Shown here: one piece after another, positions 1 to 12,136 of the stretch
How the letters are laid out: each line of letters starts with the position of its first letter
Numbering within the stretch: position 1 is the stretch's first letter
NCBI GenBank assembly: GCA_017499595.2
Contig: CM039002.1
Location: 124,001 to 188,000 of the forward strand
Reading direction: 5' to 3'
DNA length: 64,000 bases
Source of the DNA: Psilocybe cubensis
Lineage: Eukaryota
Notes under the pieces: model-generated
Told to the model about the DNA's origin: nothing
What the model saw: the letters and a program-made list of their open reading frames with translations, nothing else
Databases searched by the model: none
Program-made: the position numbers and the translations under genes

Positions 1-1441
1 AGGCACCTTTTATGTGGATACATGCCTGGCCTTCGGTGCAAGGCCCTCCGGAGGGGTATTTGGTTTGGTGGCTGACGCGTCGGCGGACCTCTTTCGCGCG
101 GAGGGAATGGGCCCGCTGGTCAAGTGGGTGGATGACCACAATTTTATGCGGGTTTTGGTGCGGTATCTGGATGAGTACAACGAACGGCGGAGGCGGCGCA
201 GGCAGCTTGTGGCTGCACATGGTAAGAAACACGAGGGTGGCCGTTTGTGGTTTGGGGAGGGTTTTGCACGGAGTGGAGATGGTTTTGAGGCAGTGGAGGA
301 CTTTGCATTCCCTGTTCTTGACCTGTCGGAGAGCAGTACACGGTCTGTTGAGGACAGACTGTACGCTTACTGCTTTGAGGATATTGACCGGTTCTCTTCT
401 GTGCTGGGTATACGGTGGGAGCTGGCAAAGGACAGCCCGTTTGGGTTTCGTGGCGTCTATATTGGTTTGGAATGGGATCTGCGGGATCGCACGGTCGGCA
501 TTCCTTTGGCGAAGGCGGAAAAATACAGGGCATCCATCGTGGATTGGCGCACGCGTGAAACTCACGTGCTTCAAGATGTTCAAAAGCTTTACGGGCGCTT
601 GTTGCATGCCTGTCTGGTGGTCATCTCGGGTAGGGCACGTCTGGTGGGGTTGGAGGAGATGCTCGGTGTTTATGGCACCACTCCTTTTGTCCCCCGACAC
701 GCCGTCCGATCCATTGCCCAGGACCTCGCATGGTGGCAGGAGCGACTTTCTCTCCCGCAGTTGGTACGACCCATCCCCTGTGAGACCCCCGTTTTCGACA
801 TTGGGGCATTCTCGGATGCCAGCTCAGAGGTCGGCATCGCCATCGTTATCAATGGGCATTGGAGGGCATGGCGCCTGCTTCCCGGATGGAAGACTCTCCA
901 TGGAGTGCGAGACATTACCTGGGCCGAAGCAATCGGTTTTGAACTGCTTGTCACCGCCGTTATCCGGCTTACACCTGAGTCTCAGCATGTTCGGCTCTAC
1001 GGGGACAACCGAGGTGTCGTCGAGGGTTGGTGGAATGGCCGGAGCAGAAATAGGCAAGTCAATGAGGTTTTCAAGTGCATCCATGACCGACTTGAGGCTG
1101 CCGGCCGGGAAGGGTGCATCCACTCTGCCTATGTGCCCAGCGCCAGTAACCCCGCAGACGCCCCGTCCCGGGGATCATTTCCTTCTTCCTCCCTCCTCCT
1201 CCCACCCATTTCCATCCCTGTTCGGGCAGCTGGTCTCCTCGTGGACGCCCTGGACCCCCTCACACCAGCAGAGCTCAACCTCAAGAGGGCCGGAAAGTGG
1301 CCAGCTGCCCGCCCACGCCAGCAGGTCTCCTCTGAAGAGCGGTTGTCTTTCAATGACTCCCGGTTCAACTCGCTCGGGCCACTGGACCTTCCTGAATGGG
1401 GAGACCACGAATACTCCATCGCGGAAGCGGGGCCAGAGTAG
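1..1441 (+). CDS. Reverse transcriptase C-terminal part plus RNase H (partial, 5' truncated)
   Basis: Motifs seen: DTCLAFGARPSGGVFG, WVDD (YxDD equivalent), YIGLEWDL, and RNase H motifs FSDASS, AEAIGFE, GDNRGV, NPADAPSRG. Stop at 1441. Confidence 0.92.
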   Translation, partial: GTFYVDTCLAFGARPSGGVFGLVADASADLFRAEGMGPLVKWVDDHNFMRVLVRYLDEYNERRRRRRQLVAAHGKKHEGGRLWFGEGFARSGDGFEAVEDFAFPVLDLSESSTRSVEDRLYAYCFEDIDRFSSVLGIRWELAKDSPFGFRGVYIGLEWDLRDRTVGIPLAKAEKYRASIVDWRTRETHVLQDVQKLYGRLLHACLVVISGRARLVGLEEMLGVYGTTPFVPRHAVRSIAQDLAWWQERLSLPQLVRPIPCETPVFDIGAFSDASSEVGIAIVINGHWRAWRLLPGWKTLHGVRDITWAEAIGFELLVTAVIRLTPESQHVRLYGDNRGVVEGWWNGRSRNRQVNEVFKCIHDRLEAAGREGCIHSAYVPSASNPADAPSRGSFPSSSLLLPPISIPVRAAGLLVDALDPLTPAELNLKRAGKWPAARPRQQVSSEERLSFNDSRFNSLGPLDLPEWGDHEYSIAEAGPE

Positions 1442-2621
1442 CAGGGCAGAGCTTGTAGCAGTGCAGACGTTCTCCCCTTCTAAGCGTCCGCGGTGTGGTT
1501 TGCTGATTGCGCCTTCAGTCTTGCGGCCTCCCTGTTTGGCTGTTGATCGCCTGCGGCTTTGGAAGCCGTTTCCTGTGTGGTCAGGTGCTGCAGCAGTGCG
1601 TCAGTCCTCGGAGGAAGAGCTAGTGCGGGTTTTGGACTTGCTGAGCTGCACATGGGCGCCGGCAACCAAGGTTGTTTATGGTGCTGGTTTATTGGTTTTT
1701 AACGTCTACTGTGATCAGCGCAACCCGCCTATACCGGAGGGTGACCGCGGGCCCATCTCAACCTCTCTGTTGTTGGAATTCATTGCAGCGTGCGCAGGTT
1801 TGTATGCAGGTTCCACACTCCGCAACTATTTTTACGGTTTGCGTGCTTGGCATACCCTGCATGGGTTGACTTGGGCGGTGGACGAGACACGCGCTTCTGC
1901 CGCTCTCACCGCGGCAGAGCGAGTTGCTCCGCCATCTGCTCGATCACCACGTTTACCCCTGCGTGTGGCGGACATCGAGGCCATGTACACTCGTCTGAAC
2001 ATGGACGACCCTTTTGATGTCGCGTGGTTTGCTTGTCTGACCACTACCTTCTGGTCTGTTTCGCGCCTGGGTGAGTTTACGGTTCCCACTCTCAAGGGTT
2101 TTGACCCTGAGCGACACATCAAACCGTCAGATGTCCAGTTTCGCATGCCGGGCGGGCGTTTGGGGCTAGAAGTCACTCTTTTCAAGCTTCCTTGGACAAA
2201 GTCGGCTAAGTCGGCAGGGGAGACAGTTCAGTGGGCACGGCAGGATGGTGTAGCGGATTCTGAGGCGGCTCTGCGCCGCCATCTCGATGTCAATGCGCCA
2301 GCAGATGGCGAGCACCTTTTTACGCATCGCTTCCGGGGGGCCAGGCGGCCCATGTCAAAGCCTGTCTTTCTCCGCAAACTGAAGTCTGTGGTTGCAGCAG
2401 CAGGGATCGACGAGGTGCATGGCCATAGCCTGCGCATTGGCGGGGTCTTGGAATATCTTCTGCGAGGTGTCCCTTTTGAGGTGGTAAAGGTGATTGGGAG
2501 ATGGGCAAGTGATGCTTTCCAGGTATACTTACGGCGCCATGGTGATGTCCTTGCGCCGTACATCCAGAATCTCCCTATTCTAGAGCCATTCACGCGCTTG
2601 GTCATGCCTCGAGTCCGCTAG
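1440..2621 (+). CDS. Tyrosine recombinase (integrase) of the retroelement. The frame is open from before position 12 and the true start is unknown.
   Basis: SAM-like N-terminal region (YAGSTLRNYFYGLRAWHTLHG) and a full catalytic set: SRLGE (R), KLPWTK (K), HSLRIGG (HxxR), GRW (W), FQVYLR (Y). Confidence 0.93.
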   Translation, partial: SRAELVAVQTFSPSKRPRCGLLIAPSVLRPPCLAVDRLRLWKPFPVWSGAAAVRQSSEEELVRVLDLLSCTWAPATKVVYGAGLLVFNVYCDQRNPPIPEGDRGPISTSLLLEFIAACAGLYAGSTLRNYFYGLRAWHTLHGLTWAVDETRASAALTAAERVAPPSARSPRLPLRVADIEAMYTRLNMDDPFDVAWFACLTTTFWSVSRLGEFTVPTLKGFDPERHIKPSDVQFRMPGGRLGLEVTLFKLPWTKSAKSAGETVQWARQDGVADSEAALRRHLDVNAPADGEHLFTHRFRGARRPMSKPVFLRKLKSVVAAAGIDEVHGHSLRIGGVLEYLLRGVPFEVVKVIGRWASDAFQVYLRRHGDVLAPYIQNLPILEPFTRLVMPRVR

Positions 2622-3199
2622 GGTCAGACCTGAGATGGTTGGTGGAGCGGGGTAAGTCCGTTCTCCTAGTGGTGTGGGGTTCCATCGACAGAGCGCGGTC
2701 GTTTGAAGCGTCGTCCGAACTCCTACCCTCTTGTGGGTGTTCAAACTCTGACCGAGCTCTTTTCAGATCACAAAGATCATGCAGACCACTTGGTATTCAC
2801 AGTGGTTGCTCAACGAGTACGAACATCTCGAGGTTGGAAAAGGAATAAATTTTCTAGGTACATTCTACGAGTGTAGAGTTCTCATAGAATCGGTGTCCGC
2901 AGAGAAAATCAATCCTTTTCTCACCCAAACTCGCAATATAGTGCACAGCACTACATCGGATGCGTTTTAGAGTAGCGAGATTGACATTCTCTAAGTATAT
3001 AGCGCACACACTGCGAGGTAACAGTGCGTGTTGTCTCTTGTTTTCCCGAAACCGAAGACAGGATTAGTCAATCTCGCGGAGAGTTTTTACGCCTCCGTCA
3101 GACATAGATCTGTGTTCTGAGTCTAAGGGAAGTGTAACGTAGCGTGACACAGAACCTCGTCTATGTCACGGCTGAGCGAAATTTTGTGAGTGCACCTTG

Positions 3200-4521
3200 C
3201 CTCTCACCTTCGCTCAGCCGCAATCTGCTTCTACGAGAAATTCCTTCGTACAGCAATTTCTCGCTCGAACAAAATTTTGACCCACCCGCCATCCCTCTTC
3301 ACCACGCGTGGGCTCACGATGATCTGGGCGCTCTTTTCCGTATCACGCTGACATGATGTAAAAGAATGTCAGATTAAAACAGTCGGTATGTGATTCTTTG
3401 AATATGCGCACCTTCCACTTTCTGGCTTGCTTTGCCGCTCGAATCTGCAACTGTTTGTGTCAGTCCTACAAATTTCGAGAGATGGGAAATCAGAATATAC
3501 CTTCGAGAATTGCCTGATGATCCAGCATTCGTTGTGGATGTTGGCTCAACGGGCGTGGACCCGGAGCCATATAGCTCGTTGCGTCCTTGGTTCTCGGACG
3601 TACCATTTTGATGTCTTGTCTCTCCAAAAGCTGGACTCGGCAAGATTGAGGTGTCTTGAATACTGTATGCGCCTCCCAAGTACCCCAGACCATCATCTTG
3701 CCCATGGTGTGGTACCGGGTTAGGTAGACTCCAGATGGCCCTGTATGGGGTGCCCCTCTGATGAGGCAGATTGGTTTGCCGCCTTGATGTGCCCACAGAC
3801 ATATGCTGCTGGAAGGGGAATATTGGTGCAGAAATTGCACCCATTGTGGGCTCGTATACGATGTCAAAACTATTGATCGGGGCGTGACTCATTGTGCGCC
3901 CGATATTGGAGTCGTTAAAAGACTCCTGACAGGCCACAGAGGAGCTCGCAAACGGTGCAGCGAGCTCACCCTGAATATTATCCATCTGCACGGAAGTCGG
4001 CGGGTGATAAGGAGGATTATCCCATGACATCGCCGCGGGATCGTTAAAATACTCGTTCATCAACGTAAGATCGATGTCCCCGAGCTTCGTCCAATCCAAC
4101 GATAGGTCTGTGACGGGCATTGGTGTCTCTTGTGCGGCTGATTCATGGTTCTATGGATGAGAGGTGGTTAAGTTGATATACCACATTGAAGTGGGGGTTA
4201 GGACACGTACGAGTGGACCATGTGTAACCCCCAGTGTTGGGGACACTGCGTTCCCGTCCTGCAAACGTTTATCTACAACGTTTGAAATGTCATTTCTTGG
4301 AGTAATCCCCCAATATTCAAACATATCGGGGATTAATGGTTGTCGGAGATCTGCTGTAGTACCATCTACTCCGCTCAGAGGGTAATGGTTTACTGTCAGA
4401 TTAATGATGTGTATTAGAGTAATGTACATACAACGAGAGTCGCGATCTCACCGGCCTCAGTCTCATCAGCACCGTTCTGAGCAAGCATGATCTTGGAAAA
4501 AATAGAGGTGTTATAGGACAT
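3200..4521 (-). CDS. Orphan multi-exon gene family, copy 1 (3' end uncertain)
   Basis: ATG at 4521 (MSYNTSIFSKIML). Shares motifs NHYPLSGVDG..IPDMFEY, ILPSPAFGET and GSGSTPVEPTS, plus intron positions, with copies at 6.5-7.9 kb, 16.9-18.2 kb and 62.8-64 kb. Confidence 0.55.
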
Positions 4522-6550
4522 TGTGGGTTTAGTCAAAGAGGAGAACTGATGGTTCAGAGGTAAAACTCAGTGAGAGCGTATCGAAGTGGGAACTTTTGAG
4601 GTGAACAATGGACTGTCAAATCTTTATAACATGAGAAAAAACCCTGAACACGCCTTCTTGGAGTCATACCTCAGCGCTGGGATTTCCCTGTGGGAAACAG
4701 TACAATCGGAATCTTTTCATTACGCTTCTTAGCTGTCTCTCTCATTAAATCGGACGGAACGACAGTGAGGATACCCAACAATGACCTCAAGGTGTAGACA
4801 TTTACTAAAGGCTGTGATCATCGTGACTGGCTTGAACATCGTTATTTACCTCTAAGCTAAGTTGCGCAGGCAGCGAGTATTGAGCACGCGGCAGCCGCAA
4901 TGTGTACTACACCGGGTAGATCATAGCGGTTAGACAACACACAATACGTATACAGCATTTATTTCCCACTGAATCGATAGCCTGAAAGCTGTACGCTCCG
5001 CCACTTTGATCACACATACAGTCTCTCACTTTTTCATCTCAAATCCAAAACTAAAACATCCTCTTAATGAATTAAGAGAGACTATAACTGTGCGATTCGG
5101 AAAAACTTCATGGATTACATTGTGTTGGCCCTACATTCTTTCCAACACGGTCATGTTGTCGTGCAGATAAAGTGGTAGCAGAGCTCTGAACAGTCCTGGC
5201 CGCTTATCCCACGAACCCTGTGGCTCCGAGAGGAGTCGGACGGACTAAGCGACATCATTTATTGTTGTTCTGTGCAACCATAAAGATGGAACAATATACT
5301 GGTAAATTGATAATCTAAGTGATATACTTCTCACCACAAAGCACAGTACACAGCGAGGATGGGCGGAGATTCAGACGGAATCAGACAATGCACACACACA
5401 AACATGCATCTGAAGCGACTGCACAATCTCTCCACCCGTCGTGTGTACACTGACCCAGCGGCCGTTCTTTGACTACTGAACATCCAGAGACCCATGAGTC
5501 TGTAACAGTAAAGCTTCATGTCCAAACACGAGAGGGAGCAGGGAAGAGGTAATAGCGGGACACTGAGACAGAATGGGAAACGTACATTTCAATTGCAATC
5601 ACTGTGTTGTACTGTGATGTTTTGAAGGTTCCGTGGAGCCAGCATTGGCAGTCAGAGTCAAGCAGAAGAGACAGGGAAGGGATAATCGTGGAAGTAGAAA
5701 GTTGAACAGATATTTCATCGCGATAAGATGTGATATGAAGACTGAATTATTCGAAGATTCAAAAAATGGACTGTTTCAAAGCGACACAGTAAATATACTC
5801 GGCCTAAGGTGTCCAATGTAGGCTGGTCAATATAAGTGATATAACATTGCTTTAGCGGCGTAAGGGGAGTATGGAAAAAATTGGAACGGTATATACTGTG
5901 TACAAGTAATAAGAGGGATATGATTCATAGAAGGAGACTCATTTGGTTGTCGCACATTATCACACTGAATTCCTCTATCCGCCCTCTCGCTCCACACCTC
6001 TATAGGCCCACCACATATTCATCAACACCCAAATTCGAAGCAACACCAGCTGCATCTGAGGCCATGCTACCATTCAGGACAACGATTGGATGCTCTCATG
6101 GTCGATTTTCGTGAGACTCTGATGATGAGTGATATGGCACTCTTTCTCATTTATCCTGTTTCCGACGTCCAGACCACGATAATGTCGAGGGTTCTATCCC
6201 AAAATGCGCCGTTTCAGGCAACATAAATCCGGTAATCATATGTGAGATTGCACTACATGAAGAAGATGGGAAACTTAGAGCAGGATATGAGGTCGAGGTT
6301 TCGATGTTCAGTCTTAAAAGATACACTGAGGCAGAGTGGGCGAATGTGGGTATCACTTTTTTCTCACACTCAATAAAGCTTGCCGATAATGCCGTGAACA
6401 AGCTGATTACAAACTGGAAAGATGTTGCGATGAGTTGCCGATTGCGCCGCGACCAAACTCATGCAAATTGATAAGATGCAGTGATAAGATAAATAAAATA
6501 TTTGACTACTTCCATCCGACGTTGGTCCCCAGCTGCGCAACCGCTTTGTA

Positions 6551-7852
6551 CTACCGCCTATGAACTACAGGTATCAAAGGTTTATGGGAGAAAGAAGGTG
6601 CGAAAATCAGCTGACTGTCTGCATATTCACAATTGGAGTGCTTACTTTTCTTTTTCTTTGGCGGGCCTTTGTCGGGCCTCATTCCTTGATACACCTCATT
6701 GCCATACTTGTCTATGCGGACTATGCGTTCCGCCGGTTTTTCTCCTTCATTTGCAACCCTGTTGTACGGGCAGGGCGCTCCTTTTTGTTTCGAGCTGACA
6801 TAATGTCCAAAAATGTCAAATCCAAACACTCGGTATGTGACTTTTCGAAACAAACGCACCGTCCGTTTCCTTGTGTGTTTCAAGGCTCGGATCTGCAACC
6901 TTTGCATCAGTCCCATATATTGCGAGAGACGGAGAATCAAAATATACCTTTGAGTATCATCTAGTGATCCGGCACTCCTCGTGGATGTTGGCTCAACAGG
7001 TGGGAACCCGGAGCCGTTTAGCTCTTCGTGTCCTTCGTTCTCAGATAAAATATTGCGATTATCTGTCTCTCCAAAAGGAGGATTTAGCAAGGTGGAATTG
7101 CAATAAACACTGTACGCACCTTGCATGAATACCAGATGCTCATTGCCGTGGCGGATGTCCCTGTATGGGGTGTTTCTGCTATGAGGCAGGCCCGTTTCCT
7201 GTCTTGACGGGCCAACAGGCACGTCTACCCGGGATGTACATGCTGGTACAACATGCGAGGTGGATGCGGGCTCGTGTGTACTGTCAAAGGTAATGATGTT
7301 GCTTTCCGTTGGCCTAGAAATGGGCAACGCATCCGATGCGGCTCCACATGTCGCCGCCGTGGGGTCTTCCAAACTGTTAATCCACGATTCGACGTGACTA
7401 TCCCATACTTTTCTCCACATATCCCAATACAGCGACGGATATGACTTGGGCAACACTGTCTCCTGTGCCGCTGTGTATGGGGATTGCGGGATGATGGGTG
7501 ATGAAATCTGGTGAACCTCTTCGAAGGCAGAATAGTTGGAGCCCGGTACATCTACAAGTTGATCATATGTGCCCTCCAGGGGCAGAAAACCATGCTCTGC
7601 GACATTTGAAAGTTGTTTCCTAGCAATAATGCCCTGATTTTCAAGTATATCAGGGATTATCGCTGGCACGATATCTTTCAAGTCACCCTCTACTCCGTTC
7701 AGAGGGTAGCGGTTGACTATCACAATAATCATGCCACATTTTAGAACAGCGTTCATACAGCGACAAATCGTGATCTCACCTATGGTATTCATTGCCGCCC
7801 ATTCAATCTGACCAAGGGTTACCTTTGAAGAACTAGCGGCGTTTAGCGACAT
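6551..7852 (-). CDS. Orphan gene family, copy 2
   Basis: ATG at 7852 (MSLNAASSSKVTLG). Contains NRYPLNGVEGDL, PPFGET, GSGFPPVEPTS and a C-terminal RIVRIDKYGNEVYQGM..PKKKK. Flanks are homologous to the other copies. Splicing of the 3' exons is ambiguous. Confidence 0.6.
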   Translation of the reverse strand: MSLNAASSSKVTLGQIEWAAMNTIGEITICRCMNAVLKCGMIIVIVNRYPLNGVEGDLKDIVPAIIPDILENQGIIARKQLSNVAEHGFLPLEGTYDQLVDVPGSNYSAFEEVHQISSPIIPQSPYTAAQETVLPKSYPSLYWDMWRKVWDSHVESWINSLEDPTAATCGAASDALPISRPTESNIITFDSTHEPASTSHVVPACTSRVDVPVGPSRQETGLPHSRNTPYRDIRHGNEHLVFMQGAYSVYCNSTLLNPPFGETDNRNILSENEGHEELNGSGFPPVEPTSTRSAGSLDDTQRYILILRLSQYMGLMQRLQIRALKHTRKRTVRLFRKVTYRVFGFDIFGHYVSSKQKGAPCPYNRVANEGEKPAERIVRIDKYGNEVYQGMRPDKGPPKKKKSKHSNCEYADSQLIFAPSFSHKPLIPVVHRR

Positions 7853-8346
7853 CGAGGGCTTCAATTTGAAGAGAAGTAAAAGTTTAGGCGCAAGAATTGG
7901 GAGCGGATCGTAGTGGGAATTTTTGAGGTGAACAACAATGGACGGCTCGATCTTTATAACATGAGAAAAAAGAAGTTGAACACGCCTTATTCGAGTCATC
8001 CCTCAGTGCTGGCTTTTTCCTGTGGGAAACTGTGCTAGCGGTATCTTTTGGTGTTTGATCACCACGCCTCTTAGTCCTTTTTCTCATTTCATTGGATGGG
8101 ACAAGAGTGTGGATGCTGAGCCCCAGTGAAACTCGGACATGCACTGTTCTGCAGAATTCTGCAGAAACAGGGAAATATTATGCAAGTATCCGCGGATTTT
8201 CATTTATTGCAGCTCCGCACATAAAAAATCTGCAATCTACTGCCGGATTGATGGCTGACACATCCATCAATCATTACGCGTCCCTAACCAGAGGTTGAAT
8301 TACGCCGTCTGCCTATTTACTTGAACACTTTGGCTGTAACACTCCT

Positions 8347-11300
8347 ATGAGCAACATACCACCCAGACCACAGCAACCATGTCACTGCCCACGGTGCCAG
8401 GGTGCCATGGTGAGCAGAAAAACAGTTCAGAATCACGCCAAACTCTTCAAAAATAACTCGGGCCCGGGTCTTTCGTCACATTTGCAAATACCCCGTTATC
8501 AAGAATGGCTCCAATCACGCTCTGCGAGACCTGAGAGAAGCGAGAAAGAGGAAGAGATGATATTGGATAACTTAGACAACAAAAATGATTCGGAGTGGGA
8601 AAATGACCTTGAAGAAAGGCCATTGAAGAGACACCGTGAACAAGCTGTAGTACGTTCAAGTTATTTAGAGTGCTTTATGTTACGATGCACAAGTCTCTAT
8701 AAGTATTTAGTAATGTAATAATTTTTTTAGCCCGTGCTCAATGAAACACACCCCAATGCTCAAGTGTACAATTTTGAGAATGAACAAGACGATGACATAT
8801 ATGTGGTATGTGTCTAAATGTCTACCAAGTCATTCTGTTCTCACCGTAAAGACAGTCTGACAACGATCTTAATCAAAACAATGATATTGAACTGCATTGT
8901 CCACACCCACCTGACGATGAAGCTGATTCAAACTCTCTCCAAAATATTCAGGACCCGAGTAACACAGCGCAACATGACTTCCAGGCACTTGCGCATCTTG
9001 ATTCTCTTACAGATTCACAACCCAAAGAAGATTTAGAAGAGGATGACCGTATCTCTTCGCTTGGCCAAACATATTCCAGTCATTCCAGAATTGAACATGT
9101 TAAAATTACGCAGAAATTCATCGACGAGATTTGTAATGCGAGTCTACAAAATGGTAAACTAGCAAATGATGCTCTTCATCGACTACAGAATCCAGAAAAG
9201 GGCCCAGTCGATATCTCAGATCCGGATACACGTCTTTCACTGGATCTTTTCATAGCCTGTGAAAATGCTTCCCAGCGGACCTATGGCAACATCCGACAGT
9301 GTCTTATTCAGAGATTTCCAGAGCTTGACGGTACACTCTTGACATACGACGCTGTAAAGACTCTTACAGAAACTCTTACTGGGGTGGTTTCAATCTCTGA
9401 CGACATGTGCATAAATTCTTGTTACGCATTTACTGGACCATTTTCCGATTTACAAAAATGCTATTACTGCTCGGAACCTCGTTACAATCCTCTGGTGCTC
9501 GCGGAAACAGGTAAAAAAGTTCCACAAAAGGAAGCATGCACTTTTCCTCTTGGTCCACAGATCCAAGCCCTTCGCCGTTCTAAAGAGGGGGCAATTGCAA
9601 TGACCTATCGTGATAAAAAAACTCGGGAAATTCTTAATATCCAAAAGGCAATTGCCGATGCGAATGGCAACATTGGCAATTTTGTTTACGAAGACTATCT
9701 TTCTGGAAGCGACTATTTGGACCTTTTTGAAGACCAGAACCTTACTGAAAATGATACTACCGTTATCTTTTCATTTGATGGAGCACAGCTATACCGAAAC
9801 AAGGGATCTGACACGTGGATAGCCGTCTGGATTATTTGTGAGTATAGCCCGACCACAAGATACAAAAAAAAACATGTTCTTCCTGCGGTTGTTATTCCTG
9901 GGCCCAATAAGCCTAAAAATTCCGATTCTTTTACATTCAGATCCTTTCATCATCTCTCGGCTATTCAGCGCGAAAACAATGGCAAGGGTATTCGAGTCTG
10001 GAATGGCAACAAAAATACAGAAGTATTTTCACGGGTTATTCATCTCTTGACCACTGCGGATGCTGTTGGACTTACAGAAATGGACGGGCGGGTTGGGCAC
10101 CATGGTGCACAAGGATGTCGCATTGGATGCTCTATGAAAGGCCGACACAAACCATCAAGTGGCCATTACTTTGCAGTTCACTTACGACCACTTAACGCAG
10201 TTGGAGAAGATTGCAGCCATGATGATTTGACTTCAAAAATGCAGCAAATATTATACACGACTCACCCCAGGAATATCAAGATAAACTTTCTCAAATCATC
10301 AATTCACGAGACCAGGCTGATTATGAAAGGAACCGAAAGCAAACCGGACTCTCTAAGCCATCAATAATTCAAGGACTCCGATACACAATTCCTTTACCCA
10401 TGTGCTTTTCTGTGGACCTAATGCACCTTTCTATCAACATTGGTGAATATTTAATTCCTCTGTGGCGTGGAATTTTTAAATGTGAAGCAACGGATAACAA
10501 GCTTACATGGAACTGGGCAACACTCACCGGAGAAACATGGCAAACACATGGAAAACTTGTTGCAAAAGCTACCTTGTACTTTCCATCATCATTTCATCGC
10601 CCTCCTCGTAATCCTGCCGAAAAAATCTCAAGTGGCTATAAAGCAACGGAATACTTTCATTATTTGTTTGGTCTTGGTCCAGCTTATTTCCGCATTTTTC
10701 TTCCAAGCATCTATTGGAAGAATTTTTGCAAATTAGTTCGTGGTATCCGAACCATGACTCAACGAAACATTAGTAGAAATCAAGTACGCGAAGCACACTC
10801 ATATCTTGTCCAATTTGTACAAGAGTATGAAAACCTTTATTATCAGCGCCGTATGGATCGTCTTCATTTCTGCCGACCGTGGCTTCACACAATCCTTCAC
10901 ATTGGTCCAAAAATTAGCCGAATAGGTCCAGGAGCATATATTAGCCAGTATACAATGGAACGTGCAATTGGGGATCTGGGAAAGCAAATTCGCCAACCTT
11001 CTAATCCGTATGGAAATTTGTGTCAGATTGCTCTACAGCGTTGTCAAACTAATGCACTTCAATCCATGTATCCTGAACTCGACTCTACTGCTAAAGTTTC
11101 TGCGCCAATGTACTCACACGATAATGGCGATGGGTTTCTTTTTTTAGCTCCAAGGCAAAAAAGGCCGTTAATGTTATGTGGTATTGAAAAGCAGATAATC
11201 GAATCGAAGCTTCATATATCCACCCTTAGAAAGTGGGGAAGGCTTCGCTTACCCAATGGACAGGTTGCACGAAGTGTCTTTTCAGAAGGAAAAAGACTAT

Positions 11301-11717
11301 CTCCAAATACTCGTATCACACGAAATCTCAAGGTATGTCCAAAATTTATACATTTAATACATTACAACTAACACAAACAAGCTTTTATTGAATGAAAAGA
11401 TTGAATTTGCTGAAGCGCAGTTTTATTTTCAGCTTGTTGATCCCAACAACAGCAACAAATTTATACCATATGCTCTTGTGTCTATATACGGACCCCCGGA
11501 TCAGGATATGCTTGAGCAGTCTTCAAGAACACTATGGGCCTGCGCCTATAGAGGCACTGAAGGATATCAAATTATTTCAATGTCTTCAATAATTTCTGTG
11601 GTTTCTATGCAGCCCCTTCCACCACGTCTTGGGGATCCCGAGAATCTTTGGTTTGTACTTGAAAAGTTGGGGTTAGATGACACAGAAATTAGTGGTTATG
11701 TAGATTCAATTTTGTAG
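8347..11717 (+). pseudogene. Transposase_21/Tnp2-type DDE transposase, spliced, with one apparent frameshift
   Basis: Motifs seen: N-terminal CHCPRC..H, DMCINSCYAFTG..CYYCSEPRY, FDGAQLY, IPGPNKPKNSDSF, GHHGAQGCRIGC, DLMHL, YTMERAIG. The reading frame shifts at ~10226. Confidence 0.88.
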
Positions 11718-12136
11718 GATTATATAGAATACATTTCAGTTATAGACAAGTATTTTCTTGTGCTTTGCAATACTTGCCAGTGACCCAAAATATGTGTATC
11801 CATGCATCTCGATCCCTGTAAAGTTCGCTTTCCCACGAATTTATAATATTTACTTAACAAGTACCAACCAAGAACATTTTCCTGACTTCACAATAGAACA
11901 ATAAAAGTAATAGCTAGCATATTCTGACTTGTTCATGTACTGATGGTGTAGTCAAGCTATAGCAATGCATTCTGACGTGCATCCAAGCATCCGACTGCAA
12001 TAACAAGTCAGATGTGACATACAACAATTGTGTGACTATAAACACGTGATTGGTGCAGCGAGACGTGTTGTGGTTGCCCTGCACCATTATTGCATTCCTC
12101 TTTACCTTTGTTTTTACCTTTCTATTCAATATCAAT

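Larger units (their letters stand above)
1..2855 (+). mobile_element. Tyrosine-recombinase retrotransposon (Ngaro/DIRS order), 5' part outside the window
   Basis: GC-rich, intronless segment with an RT-RNase H ORF followed by and overlapping a tyrosine recombinase ORF. No methyltransferase domain follows RNase H, which is Ngaro-like. The right boundary is approximate. Confidence 0.9.

Noticed and set aside
12..1440. N-terminal ~475 aa of the 869-aa ORF as a separate protein domain
   Set aside because: It is the alternate frame of RT-RNase H and shows no recognisable motifs. It is kept only as an overlap observation.
2622..3100. Ngaro split direct repeats or DIRS ICR, and a hammerhead ribozyme
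   Set aside because: No repeat pair is identifiable without the element's 5' end, and CTGAGATG does not fit the CUGANGA core.
8114..8120. TGCTGAG as an outward extension of the TIR
   Set aside because: That reading leaves no TSD and breaks the gap-free alignment to two empty paralogous sites.
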